DNA from: Octopus vulgaris
Lineage: Eukaryota
Assembly: GCA_951406725.2 (NCBI GenBank)
Contig: OX597817.1
Span: 2,852,001-2,916,000 of the forward strand
Reading direction: 5' to 3'
DNA: 64,000 bases
Shown here: piece after piece, positions 36,190 through 48,965 of the stretch
Layout of the letters: each line of letters opens with the position of its first letter
How positions within the stretch are numbered: position 1 is the stretch's first letter
Translations under genes and position numbers: made by a program
Notes under the pieces: model-generated
What the model was told of the DNA's origin: nothing
Databases searched by the model: none
Seen by the model: the letters and a program-made list of their open reading frames with translations, nothing else

Positions 36190-37695
36190 TTGTTCAGTTT
36201 TATTTCAAGATTCTTGCCAATTGAGAAAGAGTCGGCTTCTAACCTAGATCCAAGACTCTTTCATTGGAATTTCATCATTGCTTTATGTATTTGTGCAGAT
36301 TTGTATGTTTTGTTTTATGTGTGTATTCTCATGCACATAGCTGCCTATCAGTCCTGCTCCTAAATGTTTAAATGACGAACTTCTGGAAAGTTTTGCATAT
36401 CCTTATAGTTCCAGTGATGGTTGTTTCAGTCTTCGAATTAGCATTCTCCATTCTAGGTTTGAGAAGCCTAATTTCTCAAGGCTGGTATTTGGGCAGTGTA
36501 TTATATATCCCAGGGCCCGAACGATTACAGGTATAAATCTGAAATTGTAATCTGGATAGAGTAACTGCAGATTTCTCAATAGTTAAGTGTAGGTATTCTC
36601 TTTTTCACTGATCACCAGCTTCATGTTAACATCCGCTGGGGAGCAAATTTCCACAGCTGCGCACAGTTTCTCTTCTCTATCCCAAATCATTATATCAAGT
36701 CTGTTGTGCTTACATGTTATTGAGGTCTTCTCTGGTACATTCCACCAGTACTTCTTTTTATTGAGTGGCAATGGCTTCTACCATACCGTGGGTTTTTATT
36801 TCTTTGTCCTCGGGATTATCCTTCCGACGGATTTCATTATAGAGTGCCCGAGCTACAACATCATGTCTCATCGGTAGATAATACCGTGATGACATTTTCG
36901 GACAACTGCCTATGACGTGGGTGATTTCTTCGGTGTTAACTCCACAAAGTCTGCATTGGTTGTCACATCTTACTGCTTTTCCTGCATCTCTATCCTTTTG
37001 TGCATCAGGTATTTGGTTGATATTTTCTGTTCCTGGATAGCAAACACATACCCTTCAAAGTGGGAGGTAATAAACCGGCTATTGGTCCATGAGAGACTGC
37101 TTTGATGATCAATGTTACTATCATCTCGTAGCTTTCTACTGACATATCCATGCATAGTCTTCTGCTCATATAGGCTCATCCTTTGATCTGATGATACGTT
37201 GCGGTAGAGTCGTGCGACTTTTTTGGGCAGGTATTCTAGGTTATCAGTCAAGGAATGTTGCTTAAGGAGTTGCCATCCAAGTCTTGGGAAGTTATCAGCC
37301 TCGTGTATGCAAACTTGGTCAAGGAATGCACTTCGACATATTTTAGTTAAAAGATATTGCCGAAGCGATATGATACGACATTGAAAGGCATTTTGGATCG
37401 ATGTTAAGCCTCTGCCGCCTTGTTTTCATTATAGGTAGTGGTGGTCTGCATCACTGTTTATGTGGAAATTACCTGTGCTTGTTAATATTTTTCAGGTTTT
37501 CACATCAATAGCTCGGATCTCAGCAAGAGTCCAATCAAGTAGCCCAAATTTTGATATGAGTACTGGCACTGCAAATACATTGTGAGCCACGGGTTTATTT
37601 ATTGCAGAGAGTTCTGAGGTCCCCGTTTTCTTTATTCCGCTGTTATATTCTTTAGTGGTAAGTGTTTTGTTACAGGTGCTATTGTAAGATGTAAG
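36190..37695 (-). mobile_element. R4/Dong-like (RLE) non-LTR retrotransposon, 5'-truncated, decayed
   Basis: Minus strand: post-RT SELSAINK..N.FAVPVL..FGLLDW, GGRGL, MHG, EGYVFAIQEQ, CRLCG...E.ITHVIGSC zinc knuckle, RHD.V, RLE motif RLD..WD..VEICSPAD.N..EKENTY; then a 3' UTR running into (CATA)n. Confidence 0.88.
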
Positions 37696-37868
37696 TGTGT
37701 GTTTATACACTGGTGGTCCAAATCGGATGTGCAACCAATGTGGCTGTCTTTTCAATGCATTGTCTGGTTTAAAAAGCCACAGCAAACGTCATGATGGATC
37801 TAAGGTGTAGGTACAAGAGGTGGTCAGACTCTGCATAAGGAGTACACAACCACCATACACACACACGT

Positions 37869-37940
<72 letters not shown>

Positions 37941-38150
37941 TGAAAATGGATGAGGATGTTTGTTTCTCGAAGACACATCTTGTAATTGCTCGAAATGTGG
38001 AGTAGATAAAACAGCCAACAACTGATGAAGGGTCGTTCTTTATGTGACTTGTCCTGTTCTCCATTTGTTTCTTTCGTTGTTCACAAAAAATGTTCGTTTC
38101 GTATTTCGTATTTCATGTTGTTTACTTTTTATTACGTCCTGTACCCATAT
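37941..38150 (+). repeat. Short element between (TA)-rich tracts, probably another pseudo-LTR-type repeat
   Basis: Bounded by (TA)n and ATATAT tracts, with a T-rich 3' half like the other PLE ends. Single copy in this window. Confidence 0.35.
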
Positions 38151-38267
38151 ATGCTTATATATATGTATGTATATATGCACCTCTCCTTCACGGATCAAAG
38201 TGACTTTGTTATTGATGTGAAATCCTTAAAATATACCACGACGTCTATACATTTTTAACCTTGAACT

Positions 38268-38432
38268 TTCCACCTTGCTCCCCTTGTTTCTTTTCTGTGT
38301 ATCTTTCTGTCGAAGAGCGTAGGCTCGAAACGTAAAAGACTTGTTTTATTTCTATTCCTGAGCGCCAAACTAATATAATTGTTTGTACTCCACCTGCCTT
38401 CGTCTTTTGATTATTTTCGTAAACCTTCCCGT
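38268..38432 (+). mobile_element. Short Penelope pseudo-LTR-like element ending in (TA)n, with hammerhead-like motif
   Basis: TCTTT-CTGTCGAA-GAGC-GTAG-GCTC-GAAA-CG-TA-AAAGA at 38302-38339; homologous to the 27149 and 41915 elements (shared CC.GAGCG block downstream). Confidence 0.72.
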
Positions 38433-38479
38433 TATATATATATATATATATATATACGTACATACATACAAACAAAAAT

Positions 38480-38585
38480 ACCCTGTTGTTGATGTTGAAA
38501 TTCTAATGAAGGAACCTTGGATCTAGGTTAGAAACCGGCTCTTTCTCTATTGGCGAGAAATCTTGAAATAAAATTGAAGAGCGAC
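38480..38585 (+). mobile_element. Isolated 3' UTR end of the R4/Dong-like LINE
   Basis: Reverse complement of 36190-36280 (GAAATTC.AATGAA..A..CTTGGATCTAGGTTAGAA.CCG.CTCTTTCTC.ATTGGC.AGAA.TCTTGAAATAAAA.TGAA); preceded by CATACATACA. Confidence 0.8.
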
Positions 38586-39913
38586 ATATATATACCCAAA
38601 ATAAACTTATATATTTACGCAGAGTTCATTTATCGATATCTGTCTATCTTTCTATCAATCTCTAACTCTTTCTGTGTGTATATTTGTGTGTGTTTGTGTG
38701 TTTCTATCTGTGTATGTGTCAGTGTGTGTATCTGTGTTTGTGTATGTGTGTGTGTGTCTAACTACGTATACACACAAATTTGCATTTTTAAATTTTTTCT
38801 TTCTTCATCACAATTCCGTTTTTTCACATCTACTTTTCTTTATCCCCTTCCTTTCCCCTTCCTACTTTTCTAGCTTATATTCTCTGTCACATCGTGCAGA
38901 AATATATGAAGGGAGGTGTGTGTATATGTGTGTGTGTGCGCGAGCGCGCACGTGTGTGACTGGCTCCTGCCCTCCCCTCTCTCACTATTCACCCCTATTC
39001 TTTCTTTTCTTTCCTCGTTTCTTTCTCACCCTCGCCTTCCTTTTTGTGCCCTTCTCACATCGTCTACGACTTTAGTTTCTCTCCTTCAACATGACCTTTC
39101 ATTACCTTTTAACAAACGTACGTTTACCATATCTAGGTCAATGCTACCTTTTCTCAATTAACCGTAGTATCTTCCACGTACTTACCATTATATTGAACGT
39201 GTTGAATGTCAAGAATCTTTGGGTATACCTCAGTCAGTATCAAGTTTCGGCTTTCCATACTTCCATTGACAACACTGAACATAATTTATAGCATTAATGC
39301 CTTTGTCAGAATCCATAAACCAAATGTACTTCTAAAAATGTACCACAGGTAAACATAGCTCAGGGTAGCGTTCTGAATACTATAGATACACGGTCTGGTT
39401 TCACATGTGTTATAGATAAGTAAACTAAATAGCGTCGGTTAATTGTCCATGCAATTAATAGACAAAACCGCCTTCAAGATTTGTCTAAAACGTAAAACAT
39501 AAGAATCAAGGGAAGTAATTCTAACAACGTAAGACTTGAAATTTTGTGGTAAATATATTCGGAATTCCTGTTTTGGTTGACAGTCTTGAATAATACCTTC
39601 CTTTCTTACCTTTCCATCTGGTACTTCTGCTTGACCGCTACTCACATTTAGCTCAACAACACACGCACGCGCATGCACGCCACTTGTCTTGTTGTTTGCG
39701 TCGTCTTACACTCCAATCTTCTCTCAAAAAAAAGAAATTTTGTTCTCTCAGCCATTTTCTTTCTATAAATACGTGCGTTACGTTTAGATTTTCACTTCAT
39801 TAAAATAATTTTTTTCTATGGATTTTTACCAGCATCTTCAACACAGTTATGACTTCGCTTTCTGGAACTTTACCAATCTCATACCATATTCCGGATAGCC
39901 TATAAAACTCTCC

Positions 39914-39940
<27 letters not shown>

Positions 39941-39949
<9 letters not shown>

Positions 39950-40828
39950 GAAAACTACAAACTGGGACAAGAACGTAAAACATTTAGAAGACGATACAAT
40001 AAAATACGGACGAAACATTCGAAGCCTTCAATCTTCAGTCAAGATCCGGATCATCCTAGTAATTTCGGCTGATTAATCTTGAGATCGCTACGATCCGGCT
40101 AGCCCCAAGGAAAACCTAAGCTACGAGCATTAGATTTCTTGGAAGAAGGATCGAATGTATACGAAACAGGGACAGAAAAACGGACGATGCCACACGAATA
40201 TAAAATACAAAAAACAATAATCGTAAAAACAGGACAAAAACAGCGGGTGTCGTACGACTAATAAACAGTACAACAAGTTTAGCTGGCGTATTTGGAAAAA
40301 ATGCCTTTATCGGCAGACGAAGACAACGATGTTCTCGGCAGTGGTCGGAGGCCAAAAGGCTGATTTGACCAGCGGTCACGTGAGAGAAGGGAGAGAAAAG
40401 AAAGGGGGCAAAGGAAACTAAGAGAGAGAGAAAGAGGGACGAAGGCAACAAAGGGGGGAGAAGAGAGGGAAAGAAGGAATTAAAGAGGGGAGAAGAAAGA
40501 GTGCGTGCCAAGGATTGGCTATTGAGTGCAAAGTGAGAAAGACAGAGAAATGTGAGAGAGTGGGGGGAAGAGTAGACCAAAGAATCAGAGGCAAGGAAAA
40601 AGAAAAGGAGGAGAAGTAGAGAGAGAGAGAGAAGGGGACAGATCAAAGTAGAGTGCAAAATGTGAAAGGCAGAGAAATGTACGAGAGAGACAGTGTGTAG
40701 AGTCGTACCAAATTTACAGGAATATGTACTTACATAAGGCCAACGAGGGTACGGACGTCGCTATATATATTATATGTAGAAAAATACAAACTGGGACAAG
40801 AACGTAAAACATTTAGAAGACGATACAA
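39941..40828 (-). mobile_element. Non-coding element with 59-bp direct terminal repeats in (TA)n; Penelope-type
   Basis: 39941-39999 equals 40770-40828 (58/59), each preceded by (TA)n. A diverged homologue lies at 54430-54765. Confidence 0.7.
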
Positions 40829-40867
40829 AAAACATATATATATATATATATAAGTATATATGCATGT

Positions 40868-41625
40868 ATGAGGATATCATTGTTTATAATAATATCAGTG
40901 ACTTAGTATGCGCAAAAAGACCATAACAGTAAAATATTATCAATTAATAACTAAGGCTACTAACAGGTAGTGCAGGCATGCTAAATATAACAGTCAAAAT
41001 GACCAAACGACAAAATTTTCACTTAAACACACAGTTGAAAGCGAGCAAATGAATAGAAATCCTAAGACCCCGTACCAATGACGAAAATAATCGAAAATTG
41101 AAGAAGTCAAACATACGTGTATCACTGTGATTTAGAACTTTGAGAAATACTCTTATTTCATCTTCAGCAAGTCTTACTGGACCCAGGGTCATAGCGTTTA
41201 TTCATCTCAACTAATGTGTACGGTGACCTTTTTAAATGCCGCAGCAAATTTTAAAAGGTGATCGAAGTGAATAAAAAATACATATTTATATACGAGGATA
41301 TTGTTTATAATAACATCATTGGGTTCGCCTGTATAAAATAACCCATGACGATAAAAACAATTATCAATCAATAATTAAGGGTACCACTAACAGGCAATAC
41401 TGACATGCTAAATATAGCAGTCAAAATGACCGAACCACAAGTTTTCACTTAAACACAAAGATGAAAGCGTGTTTTTATTCATTTATCTGCTTTCACCTTT
41501 GTGTTTACGTAAAAACTTGTAGTTTGGTCATTTTGACTGCTATATTTAAGATGCCGGTGCTGCTTGTTAGTACACTTAATCATTAATATATGTGTGTTTT
41601 GTTCGAGATTTTTGGCCCACCCTGT
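40868..41625. repeat. Cluster of direct and inverted copies of a Tc1/mariner-type MITE segment
   Basis: 40868-41043 and 41292-41469 are direct copies. 41489-41575 is inverted and continues to ..TTTTGGCCCACCCTG|TA (41625), a Tc1/mariner-type end; CAGGGTGGGCCAAAA recurs at 42118. Confidence 0.7.
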
Positions 41626-41633
41626 AAATATAT

Positions 41634-41741
<108 letters not shown>

Positions 41742-41819
41742 GGATAGATAGATAGATAGATAGATAGGTAGATAGATGGAAAGATAGATATACACACACA
41801 TATATAAACACATATATAT

Positions 41820-41864
<45 letters not shown>

Positions 41865-41914
41865 GTATATGTATATGTATATATATATGTATATATATAT
41901 GTATATATATATAT

Positions 41915-42117
41915 AGTTAATCCAAACAAGAAAGCACAAAAAAACACAACAACGCGAGGACGTGGAACAAATATAGTATTATTGGACGCTCAGGAAAGAA
42001 GGAAAGAAGGAGGGTTTAACGTTTCGAGCGGAGCTCTTCTCAGAAACATAGGAGAAGGAAAGATCCAGAGAAGGGAAGACAGAGGGAAAAAAATCGCCAA
42101 CGGTACACACGCGGTCA
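41915..42117 (-). mobile_element. Short Penelope pseudo-LTR-like element with hammerhead-like motif
   Basis: Minus strand GTTT-CTGAGAA-GAGC-TCC-GCTC-GAAA-CG-TT-AAAC at 42014-42047; the 3' end abuts a (TA)-rich tract. Confidence 0.72.
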
Positions 42118-42166
42118 CAGGGTGGGCCAAAACAGGGTCCGAAATTGTCAATGGCATGCTTCAAAT

Positions 42167-42575
42167 TGGAGTGGCTGTGTGGTAAGTAGCTTGCTTACAA
42201 ACCACATGGTTCTGGGTTCGGTCCCACTGCGTGGCACCTTGGACAAGTGTCCTCTACAATGCCCTTGGGCGACCGAAGCCTTGTGAGTGGATTTGGTAGA
42301 CGGAAGCTGAAAGAAGCCCGTGGTATATAAGTATATATATGTATGTATGTGTGTATGTGTATGTTTGTGTGTCTGTGTTTGTCACCGCCACCATCATCAC
42401 TTGACAACCGATGCTGGTGTGTTTACGTTCCCGTAACTTAGCAATTCGGCAAAAGAGACGGATAGAATAAGTACTAGGCTTACAAAGAATAAGTCCTGGG
42501 GTCGATTTGCTCGACTAAAAGGTGGTGCTCCAGCATGGCCGCAGTCAAATGACTGAAACGAGTAAAAGAGTAAAA
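42167..42575 (+). mobile_element. Family B SINE, near full length
   Basis: High similarity to the 59461 copy. Confidence 0.92.
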
Positions 42576-44028
42576 TACATAGAATATTGATAAATACACA
42601 CGTACTTGTACATGAACAAAATGAATAATTATAATAATAACGTTATATAAATAAAATGTCAAATATTTTGGTGCTTGACTTTTGGCTCACAGTATGTGTG
42701 TGTGTTTGTGTGTTGTATTGTATAGTGTCTGCTGTTTATTTACATTAATATGAAGGCATTTTACTTCAATATTTTACTATCAAATGATTTTTTTTTAAAA
42801 TTATATCACAAAATCAGTGCATTATATTACAGTTTTTACTTGGTTCCGTCTGCTATGCTTATCATTCTCTGCACACGTTTTCCTGTCGTCATGATAAAAA
42901 TAAGATACTGAATCAGAGAAAGTGATTAAAATGGAAAAATAATTCGTTTTTATCATAAGAATTTAGAAACTTCGTGAGTCGTGAAATAATTTCTTTTGAT
43001 AGTAGAACTCGCAGGTGAGGACGAAGTTGTTGAATGGCAAAATTCGAATGATCGCCTTCTAACAATGGAAAAACTTTTGTCTTGTTTATAGATGTAGGTT
43101 CGAGTGCCACGGGTAGCCGCCGTCTATTTCCACCCAAAGAGTTTTTAACCCACTATTTACACGCTGTTATTTATAGTTTTATCTATTTCGAGATGCACCG
43201 TTGAAAATATTTGGAGTTTTTAAAGTTTAGCCCCAAGGTGACCCTATCGAGCAGACCTATTATAATAGACATTCTGGCCATTTTTTCCCCGGACATTAAG
43301 TATTCCACTCTACATTAAACAATATGTCCTTCCTTTCTTAAGGCAATTGGATGATTGATTCATGTAGATTTGGCATCTGTTTCTAGCCCATCGAACAAAT
43401 ACTTAGAGGGTTCTTCCTATTATATAATCTCTTCCATTAATTGCTATACATGAAGCCGAGCTTCTTGCTGTAGAATTCAGATGTGAATTATTCAGCAAGA
43501 AAAGCCCAGGTTTTGGTTTCTAAAAAGAATAATTACCCTTTATTTACGGAGTTAAATTTCTTACCGAGAAAACTTCCATAACATGCCTTTATAAATGTTT
43601 CTCTTTAAATGTGAAACCTTCTCTTCCATTGTAAATAATTACCTTTATTTCTAAAGAAGCGTGATTTGACACGAACGTTCAAGCTTCAGAATTAATCGCT
43701 TATCATATTTTGTTTTGATTCCTTATATTCTGAGCTCAGATCTTGTAGTCAAGATTATCTTTTATGATTGCTAGTCAATGAAAAGATGTTTCTCTTTAAC
43801 AGGATGCTCCACATTTTTAGAAATAGTTGATTGAAACTATCTCAGTGCATGATTTGCTTTTATATACAGACTCCAGAAGGATGAAAGACAAAACTGTTTC
43901 AAGTGGAATTGGTACATGAAATAAAATGTGTCGTAAATAAAAACTTAACGACATCTGGCCCAGTACTTTTGATGTTTTTGCCATCGCACCTTTCCTGCGA
44001 CGATAAAGTAGATACAAGAAATAAATTG

Positions 44029-44226
44029 GTTTAAAATTTGGGTACATGGCCAGGAATTTCGGTGACGAGGTAAGTCAATTATGTTGACTCCATTGCTCAC
44101 CTGGTGCTATATTATCAATGTATTTCATCGATGAAAGGCAAAGTCGACCTCGGCAGAATTTGAACTCAGAACGTAAAGACGGACGACATGCTGCTAAGCA
44201 TTTTGCGGGGGCGGTAACGATTCAGC
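44029..44226 (-). mobile_element. Family A SINE (tail type 2) with TSD
   Basis: Central block GATGAAAGGCAAAGTCGACCTCGGCAGAATTTGAACTCAGAACG; flanked by TACAAGAAATA(A/T)ATTG at 44013-44028 and 44227-44242. Confidence 0.85.
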
Positions 44227-44773
44227 TACAAGAAATATATTGAAGTAAATTCAGTCAAATATATATCCGTCCCAAAAACGTTGGTTCTGTGCCGGTAAGA
44301 AAAACAGTTACCCTGTTTGTAACTTGATAAGCATCTAAGTATATTAAAGTAAGCAACAACACCTACAACCAATTACACAACGCAGTTTGTCTTCTTGATT
44401 GTCACCTTTTGACTAATGAGTCAACGATGGTGCTTCTGTGCGGTCATTCGCTTCCTAAAAATAGCAGTTAAGTCTTCCCTAAATACCTCTTTACTAAAAT
44501 AAATGGCGTCATATTAGCTAATTGAGTCCCTTGTGCCTGAAAAAGATGAGGTCGTTAAGGATAAAATGCCTTTCATCATAATACTGCTCTATCAGAGATG
44601 ATCTGAGAAAAAATAGCATACAATCTTAACGTTCTAAAACTGTGTATATGAAACAGTCCCACTACACACACAGATAAACATGATGTTTATTATCCAAAAA
44701 GAATCCTTTGTATTTAGTACAAGTTGCGTTTATGTTTTCATAAATCGATCTCAATACTGGTTTCTTTTGTTAT

Positions 44774-45172
44774 AAAGCGGCGAGCTGGCAGAAACGTTAG
44801 TACGCTGATTGAAATGCTTAGCGGTATTATCGTCTGCCGCTACGTTCTGCGTTCAAATTCCGCCGAGGTCGACTTTGCCTTTCACCCTTTCGGGGTCAAT
44901 AAATTAAGTACCAGTTACGCACTGGGGTCGATGTAATAGACTTAATCCGTTTGTCTGTCCTTGTTTGCCCCCTCTGTGTTTAGCCCCTTGTGGGTAGTAA
45001 CGAAATAGATATTTCGTCCGTCTTTAAGTCCTGAGTTCAAATTCTGTGGAGGACGACTTTGTCTTAATACTCTCAGGGTCAATAAAATAAGTACCATTTG
45101 AACACTGGGATCGATGTAATCGACTTTGCCCCTTCCCTAGAACTGCTGGCCTTAAGCCAAAATTTGAAACCA
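44774..45172 (+). mobile_element. Composite family A SINE: head + tail-1 unit + diverged tail-2 unit
   Basis: First body is near consensus and ends GTGGGTAGTAACGAAATA (~45008). It is immediately followed by GATATTTCGTC and a more diverged body ending GCCAAAATTTGAAACC. Confidence 0.9.
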
Positions 45173-47854
45173 ATATCGGTTTGTTATATAAAACTGAGTT
45201 ATGATTTTACTATTACTTGAACTCAGACTAACATGTTATTAGGACAATTGTTTTGAAGTCTGGACAAAGTTACAAAAGTATTTTGTTGTATGTAATCCCT
45301 TGCGTTCTGATTCTAAATCCTGCCGAGGCTAACGTTGTCTCTCATCTCTTTTAGGGCCAATAAAATGGTATTACCAATCAACTATTCGCTGCGAATTAAT
45401 AGACCTATGAAACATACTATAAACTAATAAAATAAAAGACAAGAAGATTAGAGTTTTCTTCGCCCCATAGATATAATAGATAATGATGACAGTATATATA
45501 TCCCCGTTCGAGACAGAATTGCTACATTAGGTTACAAGTAGAGGATTATGTTAGTTTTCAAAGTTGTACATTATTACTCTTATTTTTGTTGTTTGTTATT
45601 TGCTTCTAATTTGAGCTACTTGCTACTTTAATATTTTAATACCCCATTTTAAAAATAAAAGATAATCCTATTGGATAGCTTAAATTACCATCTAAGAAAA
45701 CAAGCAATCCGAATGCGTATATGCGCATTACAGAGAGCGAAAGAGATACGTTTTCACACACACACACACACCTATGGTGCTATCTAGTGCTCGCTATAAC
45801 GAAATCAATCCGACAACCGGGATTGGCGATGAAAGTTGTTTTAGATTTTTTACAACACCAATCGGTTTCATTTTCGATTGGATTCGGTGATTTATTGCTG
45901 AATGTTTACCTGACTGGATTGCAAGAAAGCGCTTTTATTTATAAACAGCGTAATAATGGTATTACTTTCAACTCTACATACTAATTAATTACAAAAGTTC
46001 TGCAAGTCATGTCACTTTCTTTCTTCTCTTCTTTGAAAGCGATGTTAGACTTTCATCTGTCGGATCAGCTAATCATCGCCTGCTCTTTCCCCTGTGTAAA
46101 ATTAGTTACACTTCCTATCTCCTATCCTGCTACTTTCTTTGATATAATTATGTCAAGGACTGTCTATAATAATCTGCTTTGTTTCTGATTTATACAGTCA
46201 TTATTTGCATTAGTCATTAATTGCTGATGAGGATGCTTAACCCCGCGGCAACTCTGATCAAGCAAATCTGTGATCAAAATTGTTTCAGCTCGATCTTCCC
46301 GTCCCGTCCAGTCCTTTATTTAGAGATACTATAGCTATTGCTACACTAATATGTTCTTTCTGTTTTAATACTATCGGCGTTTAACACTAGTTTCGTTGGC
46401 ATTTTCTTAAATGCAGAATAATCATCAAAAAACTCCCACCTTGGGTCCTAGTCCGTAATATAAATGATCGTGTAATAAACTGTATAATATACAGCATTAA
46501 GCCAAACACACAGTACAGGATAATTTGCACAAATTGCATGGGTTTTCTGCCTTCAAGAAACAGTAACCCAGTCTCATTTAAATAACACTATATTGAATTT
46601 AAAAGGAAGTACGCGTCAGATAATGTAGATTTAATACGCTAATTCTTAAAAGAGACGGAGTGGTCATGTCTGGAGATCTTTTATCATGGTCCTGCGAAAG
46701 TAGTGCTGTCCTGGGTCTAAATAACAACATAGCAGAAAATCCTAACTAACAATTAGTTTAATAAATATCTGTTAATGACTATTAAATAGGATTCTGCTAA
46801 TTATTATTGTAAACAAGTGGGAGTAACATCACGGATAATTGAAATGGTAATGCCGCAGACAAAGAGCTTAAGTGTTTGTGGTTATCAATTCTGTTGCATC
46901 TGTGACTTAGATATCCCAGCCTTAAAGTCCTTGTTTCCTTGGCCCTAAATAAATAACGCATTGATACGTAACGTTGACAAGTGTTTTGTTCAAGAAGCTG
47001 ATAGTCATTTCGTGACTCTCCTGCATAGGGAAAATGCCCATCCTCTATTGAAGGGCGTATTTGTTAAATACATAAATCTACACTAGCCAACGAGGAAAAC
47101 CACTGTATCATGGTTCACCTTGCTACAAGCAGCAGGCAAATTCACACTAAGAACACCTTGTCGTGATAAAAAATAAAAAAGACTGATATAATAAGTGTTG
47201 TAATCCATGATAAACAAGACATCAAGGCGACGGACAGTGATTGAATACTTTTGAAAGTATGTTTACTCAGTCAGCACTAACTTGGGACTATACAACAACA
47301 ACAGCAGAAGCAGCAGCAGCAGTAGCACCAACAGCATCAGTTGCAGCAGCAGTAGCAGCTGTAGAAATCAATGAAGTTGACCTGGTATTTGGACGATCAA
47401 CTGAAGAATGGAAATGTATTGATATAATCAGATACAGCTTTAAAATGTATGACAATGCTTAGCAATTTGAAGCAGGTTGTATTGCATTTCACTTGACACC
47501 ATTATCACTTTTTTCAGACAATGAAGCCTCGCTGACATAGAGGTGCGATAGCAGCAAACCTATTGTTTTGGCAATCAATGTTTTAAGCTAACTAGAAAGT
47601 TACATTAGTTCTAATATATGTTTAATATGAATATCGATCGAAGCGAAAATATTTATCATCATTTGTGGCGTGTTGATATTGATCATATGAGTCAATAACA
47701 GGATGCATATTTTGACGAGATATTATATTGGTAGAAAGTTATCCTTTGCAGCCATTCGGTCACGAAGTTCAACTTTCTCCATAGTTTGAATATTTTCTTC
47801 CAGCCACAATATTTATGACTTTTTTTGACTTTGGCTTTTCTTTTCCTTCTTTTT

Positions 47855-48099
47855 TTAAAAATTTGTTCTAATCATTGGACGACATCTTTGAATGGTTTTA
47901 ATCGAACAAATCAACCCTGAATTCTTATTTTTCTATTTTTCTTCATATATCTGGTACTTATTCTATTGGTTTATTTAACCAAACCGCTCAGTTAAGGAAC
48001 GTAAGCAATCCTCCAATACCGGCTCTCGTGCAGTGGTGGAATGAACTCTAACACAGGCATAAAAACATATACGTACACACACGTACACACACACACACA

Positions 48100-48130
<31 letters not shown>

Positions 48131-48208
48131 TACATATACACAGCATACCCACGCACATGAAAAATACATTCACACACAAGCATACACATGCACACACACA
48201 CACATATA

Positions 48209-48297
<89 letters not shown>

Positions 48298-48428
48298 ATG
48301 TGACGGGCTTCCACACAGTTTCTGTCAACCAAATTATCTCACAAGGCATTGATAAACCCTTGTTTATTGTAAAAGACACCTGCTCAAGGTGCCACGTAGT
48401 GAAATTGAGCCAGAACTCACGTGGTTGT
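47855..48428 (-). mobile_element. Family B SINE, degenerate, with expanded internal microsatellite
   Basis: Tail-side motifs at 47860-48030; head-side GACGGGCTT..CAGTTTCTGTC.ACCAAAT..CTCACAAGGC..CAAGGTGCCACG at 48300-48428. Confidence 0.75.
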
Positions 48429-48965
48429 GCTTTTATATTTTCTTCTTAGCACACTGAAGGAGAGAACAATGAAATATATGTCCGCCTTTTCACGTAAAAA
48501 AACAATAATAATAATAATAATAAGTATCATATGTCTTATTATTGTTTCCTTTTTGTATCTCGTAAACGTTTTAGGGGAGTGTTTACGGCCAAAGCACTTT
48601 CTACTATTACTAGTAGTCCCAGTATTACAAGTTGAAAATAAATATCTTCAGCTGTTACACCTGACTGCTATAAGCAGCTACAGCAGTATTTATTTAAGAA
48701 TTGTTTTGCTAGTTTAAAATACAGGTGTTTAAATTCTCCTTTCTAACAAAAGATACCTGAAGGAACGTGTTATGGTGTGTTTCGCTAAAATTTCTAAGCT
48801 GTTTCAACTACAACGTCATCAGGACTTTATCTCTATCTCAGTGTTGAATTAGTCTTTTTTTAATTATTATTTCATCATATCAGATTTAATCTATACAAGT
48901 GAACAGTGACCCTCTTTCATTACCTACATGTAATGTTTTCTTTAGTTAACACTTAATTCACTGGG

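Noticed and set aside
37985-38035. Canonical CTGATGA near CTCGAAA as a permuted hammerhead
   Set aside because: Stems I and III could not be formed convincingly.
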